Shown here: positions 10,937 through 20,576 of the stretch, in pieces
Position numbering within the stretch: position 1 is the stretch's first letter
Layout of the letters: every line of letters begins with the position of its first letter
Origin: Bacteroidota bacterium
GTDB taxonomy: Bacteria; Bacteroidota; Bacteroidia; AKYH767-A; 2013-40CM-41-45
Assembly: GCA_031367345.1 (NCBI GenBank)
Contig: JANLPR010000118.1
Span: 42,708-106,707 of the forward strand
Direction of reading: 5' to 3'
Length of the DNA stretch: 64,000 bases
Program-made: the position numbers and the translations under genes
The notes under the pieces: generated by a model
What the model saw: only the letters and a program-made list of their open reading frames with translations
The model's database searches: none
What the model was told of the DNA's origin: nothing

Positions 10937-11389
10937 ATGAAACGAATACTCGATAGTAGAAAATTATTTAACATTGATCAGAAGGCTGATCTTAGTACGC
11001 TAAAGGTTACTTACCGTAATTTGATGAAAGAATGGCATCCTGATAAATTTCAAGAGAACGATGAGCAGGCTGAAATGGCGGCTGAGAAGAGCAAACATAT
11101 CATTGAAGCTTATCATTTTTTAGTGAGTATTTCTCCTGAAACACATGCTCAAAATACAGAAAGCTATACACAAACTACAAGTACTTCGGGTATTGATGAC
11201 TTTTCTTATAAAGGTCAAACATTGAAAGTAACTTTTCAAGATGGTAGTGTATACGAATACTTTGGAGTTCCAAAGAAAATATATGGCAATCTTATAAGCA
11301 CTCCCATTCCAGCTCGATTTGCTCGTCGTCACATTTTCCATTCATATCTACATAGAAATATTAAAAAGAGTGAATTGGTAGAAGCATAG
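10937..11389 (+). CDS. J-domain protein fused to a KTSC domain
   Basis: HPD tripeptide in YRNLMKEWHPDKF. A C-terminal KTSC-like segment follows (KGQTLKVTFQDGSVYEYFGVPKKIYGNLISTPIPARF). Confidence 0.65.
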   Translation: MKRILDSRKLFNIDQKADLSTLKVTYRNLMKEWHPDKFQENDEQAEMAAEKSKHIIEAYHFLVSISPETHAQNTESYTQTTSTSGIDDFSYKGQTLKVTFQDGSVYEYFGVPKKIYGNLISTPIPARFARRHIFHSYLHRNIKKSELVEA

Positions 11390-11517
11390 ATTTTTTCCGG
11401 CAACTTACATTTTTCATTCATTCATTTTTTAAATTGAACAATAGAATTATTTTATTGAGAACTTAATTACATTCTATTTCGGAATTTAGATTTAAACTAA
11501 TACTTAAGAAACCTTCA

Positions 11518-12657
11518 ATGCCTTTTTCTTCCTTAGGGTTATCTCCGGCTTTACTAAAAGTATTAGATCTACAAAAATATTCTGAACCTACACCAATTCA
11601 GAGTGCAGTAATTCCACTCATACTAGAGAAGAAAGATGTTTTAGGGATTTCAAAAACGGGATCAGGTAAAACAGCAAGTTATGTATTGCCTATCTTGATG
11701 AACCTTCAAAATAAAGTGAAGACTAAAAATAGAAGTGCTCAGGTCTTAGTGTTAGTGCCAACAAGAGAATTAGCTGTTCAAGTAAATCATGTCTTTCAGC
11801 TTTTCAATAATGGATTAGAACAGAAGATAAAATCGTTGGCAGTATTTGGTGGAGTATCTATCAATCCGCAGATGATGTCTCTAAATAATGTAAATGTATT
11901 GATTGCTACACCGGGAAGATTATTGGAATTGCTTTCTGCAAATGCTGTTCATCTGGATGAAATAGAAACATTAGTTCTCGACGAAGCTGATAAAATGTTG
12001 AGTGTTGGCTTTGAAGAAGAGATGAAGCGAATTCTAGAATACTTACCAAAAAAGCACCAGAATTTATTATTCTCGGCAACATTGAGTAAAGATTTAGAAA
12101 CACTCAAGATGCTTGTACTCCGTAATCCGGTGGTGATTGAAATTGAAGAAAAAGAAAATGAAGAAAACCTTGATCTTATTCAACAAATCGGATACTTTGT
12201 AGATGAAGAAAGAAAAGGACCATTGTTGCGATATTTAATAAAGCAAAAGGAAATGAAGCAGGTCTTGGTTTTTACATCGTCAGTATACAAGGCAGACAAT
12301 GTAACCGATAAGCTTAAAAAAAATGGAGTTGATGCTATGGCGATTCATAGTAAGAAAAGCCAAGGAGCAAGAACCGATGCGCTGACTAAATTTAAAGCAG
12401 GCAAATTGAAAGTATTGGTGGCTACCGATCTTATATCAAGAGGAATCGACATTAGTTTTTTGCCTTATGTTATCAATTATGAATTACCACGTTCACCTAA
12501 AGACTTTATTCATCGAATAGGAAGAACAGGTAGAGCAGAAAATCCGGGGGAGGCCATTTCATTAATTACCCCTGAAGAGCAGCATCATTTTAGAGTTATT
12601 CAAAAAAAGATGGGAAAGTGGGTTACTATGATTGAAAGTGAAGGATTGGCGCTTTGA
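11518..12657 (+). CDS. DEAD-box ATP-dependent RNA helicase
   Basis: Q-motif region, Walker A TGSGKTASY, DEAD box VLDEADKML, SAT, and HRIGRTGR. Confidence 0.85.
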   Translation: MPFSSLGLSPALLKVLDLQKYSEPTPIQSAVIPLILEKKDVLGISKTGSGKTASYVLPILMNLQNKVKTKNRSAQVLVLVPTRELAVQVNHVFQLFNNGLEQKIKSLAVFGGVSINPQMMSLNNVNVLIATPGRLLELLSANAVHLDEIETLVLDEADKMLSVGFEEEMKRILEYLPKKHQNLLFSATLSKDLETLKMLVLRNPVVIEIEEKENEENLDLIQQIGYFVDEERKGPLLRYLIKQKEMKQVLVFTSSVYKADNVTDKLKKNGVDAMAIHSKKSQGARTDALTKFKAGKLKVLVATDLISRGIDISFLPYVINYELPRSPKDFIHRIGRTGRAENPGEAISLITPEEQHHFRVIQKKMGKWVTMIESEGLAL

Positions 12658-12981
12658 AGTTTATCGGTCGCTGTCGAAAAGTAATTTATTTTGAAATTCT
12701 TCTTTTGTTTTCATTTTTTGCTCCTCCAAAACTAGAGTGAATCCCTTTAAATAAAGCTCTTATCCTGCTTTTAAGATAATATTTTCGCTTAAAGCAATAT
12801 TTATTAGGACATTAAGAATAAATAGTAGTACATTTGTACACTTCTCAGAAGATTGTATACCAAGTAGTTTGTAATTAAAATAATTCCAATTCGCGTTTTT
12901 ACACTTTTCTAGTAGTTTACCGCTGATCAAATTCAATAGTGAAAACCCAACGGTAACAACAAATTATTTTAATACCAGTTA

Positions 12982-14115
12982 ATGACATTTACAAATTTAG
13001 GAGTAAGTCAACCCCTGATCCAAACATTGATCAACAAGGGATATTTAATTCCAACACCCATTCAAGTACAATCGATTCCAATTGTTTTACAAGGAAAAGA
13101 TATTTTCGGTTGTGCTCAAACCGGCACCGGCAAAACAGCCGCATTCGCCTTACCCATTCTGCAACTACTTCAAGAGAAAAACGATCCTTCCACAAAGAAG
13201 ACGATCAAAGCACTTATACTTGCACCCACACGCGAACTTGCACAACAAATTTATGATAGCTTCCGTGTGTATGGAAGCAATTACAAACTAAATACTTGCG
13301 TAATATTTGGCGGAGTTGGTCAGGCTGCTCAAGTTTCCTCCCTTAAAAACGGTACAGACATCGTTGTTGCAACACCCGGACGTTTATTAGATTTAATGAA
13401 CCAAGGATTTGTGAAACTGAACAATGTTGAACATTTTGTTCTCGACGAGGCAGACAGAATGCTCGATATGGGATTTATCAATGACATCAAAAAAATCATT
13501 GCAAAACTACCCAAGCAAAAGCAAACATTATTCTTTTCAGCGACAGTATCGTCTGAAATTAAACATCTCGCTAACAATATTTTAGTGAGTCCATCTTATG
13601 TGTCAGTTTCACCGGTTTCTTCAACTGCCGAAACAGTTAAACAATCACTTTACTATGTGAATAAAGAAGACAAAAGGTCGCTCTTAAAGCATGTATTGAA
13701 CAACGATACAATAGAACATGCACTTGTTTTTACCCGTACAAAAAGAGGAGCCGATAAAGTAGCTCGTGATCTGAACAACGACGGAATAAAAGCAGAGGCA
13801 ATTCATGGAAATAAAAGTCAAGGAGCTCGTGAAAGAGCATTAAAAGGCTTTAAAGGCAGAAAAATTCGTGTTTTAGTAGCTACCGACATCGCTTCCAGAG
13901 GAATTGATGTTGACAAATTGACACACGTGATTAATTATGAAATTCCGGAACAAGCAGAAACCTATGTTCATCGAATTGGAAGAACGGGCAGAGCAGGAAG
14001 TTCGGGAATTGCACTTTCATTTTGTGCGAAAGAAGAAGTTTCTTATATTCGGGATATAAATAAACTGATCAATAAGAATATCGAGATTGTAAAATCTCAT
14101 CCATTTGTAAAATAA
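12982..14115 (+). CDS. rhlE: DEAD-box ATP-dependent RNA helicase (RhlE-like)
   Basis: AQTGTGKTAAF, VLDEADRMLDMGF, SAT, and HRIGRTGRAG. A paralogue of the upstream helicase. Confidence 0.85.
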   Translation: MTFTNLGVSQPLIQTLINKGYLIPTPIQVQSIPIVLQGKDIFGCAQTGTGKTAAFALPILQLLQEKNDPSTKKTIKALILAPTRELAQQIYDSFRVYGSNYKLNTCVIFGGVGQAAQVSSLKNGTDIVVATPGRLLDLMNQGFVKLNNVEHFVLDEADRMLDMGFINDIKKIIAKLPKQKQTLFFSATVSSEIKHLANNILVSPSYVSVSPVSSTAETVKQSLYYVNKEDKRSLLKHVLNNDTIEHALVFTRTKRGADKVARDLNNDGIKAEAIHGNKSQGARERALKGFKGRKIRVLVATDIASRGIDVDKLTHVINYEIPEQAETYVHRIGRTGRAGSSGIALSFCAKEEVSYIRDINKLINKNIEIVKSHPFVK

Positions 14116-14156
14116 CAAACCCAATAACAACTAATAACAATTAAATTATCACAACA

Positions 14157-14345
14157 ATGAAAAACGGAGTAGTAAAATTCTTCAACGAACAAAAAGGTTT
14201 CGGATTTATCAAAGACGAAAACGGACAAGAAATTTTTGTTCATGTAACAGGTCTAACTCAAAAAATTCGTGAGAATGACAACGTAACATTTGATGTACAA
14301 GACGGAAAAAAAGGTCTTAATGCAGTGAATGTGAAGCTTGCATAA
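14157..14345 (+). CDS. cspA: Cold-shock protein (CspA family)
   Basis: MKNGVVKFFNEQKGFGFI...VHVTGL carries the RNP1 and RNP2 motifs. It is 62 aa. Confidence 0.9.
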   Translation: MKNGVVKFFNEQKGFGFIKDENGQEIFVHVTGLTQKIRENDNVTFDVQDGKKGLNAVNVKLA

Positions 14346-14363
14346 TTGAACCGAAAAGAAATG

Positions 14364-14396
14364 AGAGGCTACTGAATAGTAGCCTCTTTTTTTTTG
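14364..14396 (+). terminator. Rho-independent terminator after cspA
   Basis: A 10-bp stem (agaggctact / agtagcctct) with a gaat loop, followed by a T9 run. Confidence 0.85.
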
Positions 14397-14449
14397 AAAC
14401 TAATCGAAGAACATCAGAAATTAAATTCAACGAAACCCCGCTGTTACCT

Positions 14450-15097
14450 ATGAAAAAACTTAGATTAATTATAATATTATTTTTTTTATCGTTCAATTCT
14501 CAATTGTTTGCTCAGTCAGTTCTATTGAAAAAATTGGCTAAAGCAATGCAAGGTTCTTATAACAGTACAGCACAACATTTAAAAGATACAACTAACTATT
14601 TTGATATTCGCTTACAGATAAAACCGATATGGAAAAAACAAAAGAATGGTTATTGGTTTTATGTTGAGCAAGCTGTAGCTAGCTAAATAGATAAACCATA
14701 TTGACAAAGAGTTTATCATCTTATAGAAAATAGCGATGGAAGTTTTTCAAGTTTCATTTTCACTTTTAATGAACCGCTCCGTTATACACACAAACCTAAA
14801 TTACTGGAAAAAACATTGACAGTGGATTCTTTGCAAGAGCGAAAAGGGTGTGAGGTAAAATTAAAAATTGACGAAAAAGGAAATTATATTGGTTCAACCA
14901 ACGGAAAAAGTTGTCCGAGTGATCGTAAAGGTGCTAGTTGTGCAACATCCGAAGTAATAATTGTTCCCAATGAATTACATAGTTGGGATAGAGGATTTAA
15001 TGACCACGACGAACAAGTCTGGGGAGCGCTACATAAGGTGCATACATCTTTATTAAATAGAAGTCTAGATGTTCTTTACTCTATTATTCTAGAATAA
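14450..15097 (+). pseudogene. Secreted CpcT/CpeT-family (DUF1001) protein interrupted by two in-frame stop codons (TAA at 14684, TGA at 14702)
   Basis: The ORFs 14450-14686 and 14816-15097 are in the same frame, and the translation runs straight through both stops. The family hallmarks are all present: LAKAMQGSYNSTAQ (N-terminal), GYWFYVEQA..(*)..KPY(*)QRVYHL (central), and SWDRGFNDHDEQVWGAL (C-terminal). The TGA sits where the family has a conserved Arg. Confidence 0.6.
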
Positions 15098-15324
15098 CTA
15101 AGACATTAGATTCTATAATAAAAATCAAGATCAATTTATTGAAGGAAATACAATAAGCACTTCATTTGAAAGCTATTAATCACCTTCTATTAATAACTTG
15201 TTTTCAATCCCAAACCATATTTTCAATGTGAAAAAAAAAATGTAAAAAGGTCTTTTTAGAGGGAAAATCATAGCAAATCGACTATCTTTACAGCCATAAT
15301 AAACAATTAAAAAGAAGAAATATT

Positions 15325-16734
15325 TTGACACTAATAAAATCAATTTCGGGAATAAGAGGAACAATAGGAGGGCGCCCGGGAGATGGATTAACACCGGTTG
15401 ACATAGTGAAATACTCTGCGGCTTATGGTTCATGGATTATTAAAAGAAAAACAAATACCGAAAAACCGGTAATAGCCATTGGAAGAGATGCTCGAATTTC
15501 TGGCGAAATGGTTCAGAATTTAGTTGCCGGTACTTTAAAAGGGTTAGGAATAGATGTAATCTATCTTGGCTTGTCGACAACACCAACTGTTGAAATGGCA
15601 GTAACAGATTTCAAAGCGGATGGAGGTATTATTCTAACTGCAAGTCATAACCCAAAACAATGGAATGCACTAAAGCTTTTGAATGAAAAAGGAGAATTCC
15701 TTTCTGCCAACGATGGAGCTGAAGTGTTGAAGATAGCTGAATCAGATGACTTTGTTTTTGCAGAAGTAAACAAATTGGGAAAATATATAAGTGTTCCAAA
15801 TTACCATCATAAGCACATTGAAAAGATACTGGCACTTCCATTGGTTGATGTAAATGCCATCAAAGCGAAAAATTTTAAAGTTGTAATCGACTGTGTAAAT
15901 AGCAGTGGAGGAATAGTAGTTCCAGCACTATTACGTGCACTTGGAGTTGAAGACATCATTGAACTTTATTGCGATCCCAATGGTCAATTCCCGCATAATC
16001 CGGAACCATTACCTGAATACTTAGGAGATATTTCAAAAGAAGTAAAAAAGAAAAATGCCCACCTAGGAATAGTTGTTGATCCGGATGTTGACCGACTTGC
16101 ATTAGTATGTGAAGATGGAGAAATGTTTGGAGAAGAATATACACTGGTAGCTGTAGCAGATTATGTATTAAAAAATAAAAAAGGAAATACTGTTTCTAAT
16201 CTCTCTTCCACACGTGCATTACGTGACATCACAGAAAAATCAGGTGGAACATATTATGCCGCAGCAGTAGGAGAAGTTAATGTAGTAGAAGCTATGAAAG
16301 CTCACAATGCAGTAATAGGCGGTGAAGGTAACGGCGGAATAATTTATCCTGAGTTACATTATGGCCGTGATGCTTTGGTTGGTATTGCCTTGTTCTTGTC
16401 GCATCTTGCAAAATTTGGTAAGAACACTTCAATGTTACGAGCTACTTACCCGAACTATTTTATTTCGAAAAATAAAATTGAGCTAACGGCGGAGATCAAT
16501 GTCGATAAGATACTTGATCAGATCCAGACCAAATATAGTCGTCAACCCATTAATACGATTGATGGAGTAAAAATTGAATTCGATAAGGAATGGGTTCACC
16601 TCAGAAAGAGTAATACTGAACCTATTATTCGTATCTACGCTGAAAGTCAATCTCAAACCACGGCAAATAATCTTGCTGAAAAGATCATCTTCGATATTAA
16701 AGACATGATCAATCAAAAAAGTCTTCAAAATTAA
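15325..16734 (+). CDS. glmM: Phosphoglucosamine mutase / phosphohexomutase (GlmM-like); appears to use a TTG start
   Basis: MTLIKSISGIRGTIGG, the active-site TASHNP, and the C-terminal GEGNGG sugar-binding loop. Confidence 0.75.
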   Translation: MTLIKSISGIRGTIGGRPGDGLTPVDIVKYSAAYGSWIIKRKTNTEKPVIAIGRDARISGEMVQNLVAGTLKGLGIDVIYLGLSTTPTVEMAVTDFKADGGIILTASHNPKQWNALKLLNEKGEFLSANDGAEVLKIAESDDFVFAEVNKLGKYISVPNYHHKHIEKILALPLVDVNAIKAKNFKVVIDCVNSSGGIVVPALLRALGVEDIIELYCDPNGQFPHNPEPLPEYLGDISKEVKKKNAHLGIVVDPDVDRLALVCEDGEMFGEEYTLVAVADYVLKNKKGNTVSNLSSTRALRDITEKSGGTYYAAAVGEVNVVEAMKAHNAVIGGEGNGGIIYPELHYGRDALVGIALFLSHLAKFGKNTSMLRATYPNYFISKNKIELTAEINVDKILDQIQTKYSRQPINTIDGVKIEFDKEWVHLRKSNTEPIIRIYAESQSQTTANNLAEKIIFDIKDMINQKSLQN

Positions 16735-16750
16735 TTAACAAAAATATTCC

Positions 16751-17893
16751 ATGAAAATTTATTTGGATAATGCAGCGACTACTCCAATGGATCCTGCTGT
16801 TATTGAAGCAATGATACCTGTAATGCAAAATCAATTCGGGAATCCTTCGTCTATTCATTCATGGGGACGCGAAGTAAAAACCGCACTTGAAAATGCAAGA
16901 AAGAGTGTTGCTAAATTCTTAAATGTAGCTCCTGCTGAAATATTTTTTACAAGCGGCGGAACAGAAGCAAACAATACTGCTTTGTTTTGCTCTGTACGAG
17001 ATTTAAATGTAAAGCATGTTATCTCCAGTAAAATTGAACACCATGCTGTTCTTCATACGCTTGAAGAACTTGAAAAAGAAGGGAAGATTACACTTAGTTA
17101 TGTTACACTTACTACCAATGGTCATGTAGACATTAGTCATTTAGAAGAATTACTAAAGAATTCAACAGAAAAGACGCTCGTTAGTTTGATGCATGCAAAT
17201 AATGAAATTGGGAATTTGTTACCTATCAAAAAAGTGGGTGAATTGTGTAAAACGTATAATGCATTATTTCATTGCGACACTGTACAAACGATGGCACATT
17301 ATCCTATCAACTTAAAAGAAGTGAATGTAAACTTTGTAACGTGTGCAGGTCATAAATTTCATGGTCCTAAAGGGATCGGTTTCTTGTATATTAATCACAA
17401 TGTCAAAATAAATCCATTCATTTTTGGAGGAGCTCAAGAGCGGAATATGAGAGGCGGTACAGAAAACGTTTATGGTATTGTTGGATTAGCTAAGGCTATT
17501 GAAATTGCGGAAAGAGAAATGGCGAGTCACGAAGAACATATTTCCGAGATTAAAAAATACATGGCCACACAACTCAGTAAAAATATTCCGGGATTGGAGT
17601 TTAATGGTGATTCAAATGGCAATAGTTTATATACTGTGTTGAATGTTTCCTTTCCTCCAACCGATTTTTCTGAAATGCTACTTTTCAATATGGATATTGC
17701 GGGTATTGCTTGTTCAGGAGGTTCTGCATGCAGTAGTGGAAGTAACTCAGGTTCGCATGTTTTAAAAGCACTTTATGGAAATACAGACCGCCCATCAATT
17801 CGGTTTTCATTTAGTAAATACACAAAAAAGGAAGAAATAGATATAGTAGTTGAAAAATTAAAGGAACTTTATTCAATAAAGGTTTCTTCTTGA
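16751..17893 (+). CDS. Cysteine desulfurase (class V aminotransferase, NifS/IscS-like)
   Basis: MKIYLDNAATTPMDP, a PLP-lysine region (AGHKFHGPKG), and SGGSACSSGS with the active Cys. Confidence 0.85.
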   Translation: MKIYLDNAATTPMDPAVIEAMIPVMQNQFGNPSSIHSWGREVKTALENARKSVAKFLNVAPAEIFFTSGGTEANNTALFCSVRDLNVKHVISSKIEHHAVLHTLEELEKEGKITLSYVTLTTNGHVDISHLEELLKNSTEKTLVSLMHANNEIGNLLPIKKVGELCKTYNALFHCDTVQTMAHYPINLKEVNVNFVTCAGHKFHGPKGIGFLYINHNVKINPFIFGGAQERNMRGGTENVYGIVGLAKAIEIAEREMASHEEHISEIKKYMATQLSKNIPGLEFNGDSNGNSLYTVLNVSFPPTDFSEMLLFNMDIAGIACSGGSACSSGSNSGSHVLKALYGNTDRPSIRFSFSKYTKKEEIDIVVEKLKELYSIKVSS

Positions 17894-17903
17894 TCTTCGA
17901 CAT

Positions 17904-17935
17904 AAAAAAAACACTCTAATATGAGTGCTTTTTTT
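17904..17935. terminator. Possible bidirectional terminator between the convergent cysteine desulfurase and Spy-like genes
   Basis: An A8 run, the stem cactc[taatat]gagtg, then a T7 run. Weak stem. Confidence 0.4.
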
Positions 17936-17955
17936 AAAATATCAATAGTTTCTAA

Positions 17956-18441
17956 TTACTGTTTCATTTCTGATCGTTCATCTTTTCGTTTGTCGCGAAT
18001 CATCTGAAGCAGTTGTTTTTTAAATTCTTCTTCAGCACGATAAAGCTTCGCTACCTTTTTCATCGGAAGTACTTTTTTGAACTGCGGATGGTACTTTTTC
18101 TGGACATCAATTTCATTTTGATGAAAGGCTAATTCTCCATCTACCATTTTCTCCAAATCAGAATCAGACATTGAATCAAGAGAAAGCTTACCATTTATAA
18201 GATTATTTCTTCTACTCTTGCGAAGTTGTTCCAACTCATCTTGATATTTATTATAAACCGGCCAGAAACTCTTAGCTTCATCGGTTGTCAAGTCTAAGAA
18301 ATTTGTAAGATAACCGATTTTCATTGCATCAACCTTTTCACGCATCGGCCTACGTTCTTGTCCACGAAATCCTCCTCTTTGTGAAAATGAACTAGTGGAG
18401 TTACCGATTAAAAGTAAGGCAAAGAGTATATATTTTTTCAT
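17956..18441 (-). CDS. Periplasmic Spy/CpxP-like (LTXXQ-type) protein, third gene of the ECF sigma operon
   Basis: Signal peptide, then LTNFLDLTTDEAKSFWPVYNKYQDE and charged helical repeats. It overlaps the upstream gene by 4 nt. Confidence 0.45.
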   Translation of the reverse strand: MKKYILFALLLIGNSTSSFSQRGGFRGQERRPMREKVDAMKIGYLTNFLDLTTDEAKSFWPVYNKYQDELEQLRKSRRNNLINGKLSLDSMSDSDLEKMVDGELAFHQNEIDVQKKYHPQFKKVLPMKKVAKLYRAEEEFKKQLLQMIRDKRKDERSEMKQ

Positions 18442-18980
18442 AGTATTATTTCTAATTGTGATGCTTCAATATTATTATCGAGAAGGTATTGTTCCATATC
18501 ATTGTTTTCTTTTTCTAATCCTTGGTCGGCGAGAAAATCAATCAAATCATTTTCATTGAGTGCATCAATATATTTGGAATTTCCAAACTCCTTTGCATTA
18601 TAGACCGGATGGTTAATTATAATTTGTTGAGGCCTTTGAAAGTAAAAGAATCCAAGAATTACCATTGCAGCAGACAAAAGCGATGGAGTAAAAACAGATT
18701 TTTTAAAAACAGCCGGTAAAGTAATTCTCTTTTCTTTGTTTATAGCGATTCGAGTGCTAATTTGGTTGTTTAAGTTATCAAAATAATTGACCGGAACTAT
18801 AAATAGATTGTCTTCAATAACTGCATGGTCTTGAGAAAGTGTAGTTATTGTATGAATTGATTTTTTGATATCGGAAGGCAGAGTAGAAAAATAATCCACC
18901 GGTGTTAAAAATGCAGAATCAATATTACTTGATTTTAGCATTTTATTCAAGTTCTCCTCTATATTTTCTAATTTATTCAT
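18438..18980 (-). CDS. Putative anti-sigma factor (single-pass membrane protein)
   Basis: Lies between the ECF sigma and the periplasmic protein. One TM helix (LLSAAMVILGFFYF). No zinc-finger motif. Confidence 0.4.
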   Translation of the reverse strand: MNKLENIEENLNKMLKSSNIDSAFLTPVDYFSTLPSDIKKSIHTITTLSQDHAVIEDNLFIVPVNYFDNLNNQISTRIAINKEKRITLPAVFKKSVFTPSLLSAAMVILGFFYFQRPQQIIINHPVYNAKEFGNSKYIDALNENDLIDFLADQGLEKENNDMEQYLLDNNIEASQLEIIL

Positions 18981-19011
18981 TGTATTTTAGATGGAATAAC
19001 AGTTCAAAGGT

Positions 19012-19563
19012 TTAATTACAGGTAAGATACTTTTCAATTTTCTTTACTGCATGATGATAATTTGCTTTCAGTCCACCAACTGAAAGATTGAGTATTACAG
19101 CCATCTCTTCATATTTTAACCCTTCAAAATATTTCATATTAAATACGAGTCGTTGTTGAGGAGGCAATTTCAGAATCGCTTGTTGAAGTTTAAGTTGGAT
19201 TTTATCGCCCGAAAACAATGGATCACTAATAAGTTTTTCGGAAAGCTCATTTTCTACATCATTGAAAGAGATAAAAAAACGTTTCCTTTTTGAATTAAGA
19301 AAAGTAATAGATTCATTGGTTGCAATACGATACAACCATGTAAAAAGCTGGGAGTCGCTTCTAAAATTCCCTAAGCCTTTCCACACTTTTATAAAAACAT
19401 TTTGAATTACATCATTGGCATCATCGTGGTCGATTACAATACGTCTGACATGCCAATACAGTTTTTTCTGGTATTTATTGACCAATAAATTAAAAGCATA
19501 ATGCCTGGTTCCTTCGTCCCGATATTTTTGGAGGAGTTCCTCGTCACTGAAATCTTCTACCAT
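19012..19563 (-). CDS. RNA polymerase ECF-type sigma-70 factor
   Basis: Region 2 (DANDVIQNVFIKVWKGLGNFRSDSQLFTWLYRIATN) and region 4 (QRLVFNMKYFEGLKYEEMAVILNLSVGGLKANYHHA). Confidence 0.85.
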   Translation of the reverse strand: MVEDFSDEELLQKYRDEGTRHYAFNLLVNKYQKKLYWHVRRIVIDHDDANDVIQNVFIKVWKGLGNFRSDSQLFTWLYRIATNESITFLNSKRKRFFISFNDVENELSEKLISDPLFSGDKIQLKLQQAILKLPPQQRLVFNMKYFEGLKYEEMAVILNLSVGGLKANYHHAVKKIEKYLTCN

Positions 19564-19592
19564 CTTTTAAATTTGGACTTGGGCAAAGTCAA

Positions 19593-20564
19593 CTACATAT
19601 TGACCAACTGATTTTTTCTCAACATCACTTTTTCAACAGCAGCGACAATGTTCTCTGCTTCTAATCCGTATTTTTTCATTAGTTGTTCCGGAGTACCACT
19701 TTCACCAAAAGAATCATTTACTCCGACGTATTCCTGGGGAACGGGATGATGTTGAGCAAGTAGATGAGCAATAGAATCTCCTAAGCCTCCAAATACCTGA
19801 TGTTCCTCTGCAGTAACAACACAATTAGTTTTACGGATACTTTTTAAGACCGCCTGAATGTCTAAAGGTTTAATTGTATGGATATTGATGATATCTGCCT
19901 CAATCCCTTTTTCTGCTAACATTTCACCTGCTTCAATTGCTTTCCACACTAAATGGCCAGTAGCAAAAATACTAACGTCAGCTCCTTCATTAAAAGTTAC
20001 AGCCTTCCCAATCTCAAATTTCTGATCAGCAGGAGTGAATATAGGAACAACAGGTCTACCGAAACGCAAATAAACAGGACCTTCGTATTCAGCAATAGCA
20101 AGCGTCGCAGCCTTCGTTTGGTTGTAATCGCATGGGTTTATAACAACCATACCAGGCAGCATTTTCATCATTCCTAAGTCTTCTAAAATTTGATGCGTAG
20201 CACCATCTTCTCCAAGTGTAACACCTGCATGAGAGGCACATATTTTCACATTTTTTCCCGAGTACGCTATACTTTGTCTGATCTGATCATAAACGCGACC
20301 GGTAGAAAAATTGGCAAATGTACCAGTGAAAGGAATCTTTCCGCCAATAGTCATACCTGCAGCAATGCCCATCATATTTGCTTCGGCAATTCCAATTTGA
20401 AAAAAACGATCAGGAAATTCCTTCTCAAATGCGTCCATCTTTAATGAGCCGGTAAGGTCGGCACACAATGCAACTACATTTGGATTGGTACGACCTAGTT
20501 CAACCAACGCTGCACCAAATCCCGAACGTGTATCTTTTTTTTCAGTGTAAGGATATTTTTTCAT
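19593..20564 (-). CDS. Transketolase, C-terminal (pyrimidine-binding) subunit of a split transketolase
   Basis: ALVELG....VVALCADL, IAEANMMGIAAGM, and the C-terminal TKC domain. Confidence 0.85.
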   Translation of the reverse strand: MKKYPYTEKKDTRSGFGAALVELGRTNPNVVALCADLTGSLKMDAFEKEFPDRFFQIGIAEANMMGIAAGMTIGGKIPFTGTFANFSTGRVYDQIRQSIAYSGKNVKICASHAGVTLGEDGATHQILEDLGMMKMLPGMVVINPCDYNQTKAATLAIAEYEGPVYLRFGRPVVPIFTPADQKFEIGKAVTFNEGADVSIFATGHLVWKAIEAGEMLAEKGIEADIINIHTIKPLDIQAVLKSIRKTNCVVTAEEHQVFGGLGDSIAHLLAQHHPVPQEYVGVNDSFGESGTPEQLMKKYGLEAENIVAAVEKVMLRKNQLVNM

Positions 20565-20576
20565 AGCTATTTTTTT

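Noticed and set aside
15176-15433. 85-aa minus-strand ORF overlapping the glmM start
   Set aside because: Low-complexity hydrophobic translation antisense to the glmM 5' end and its promoter, with no support.
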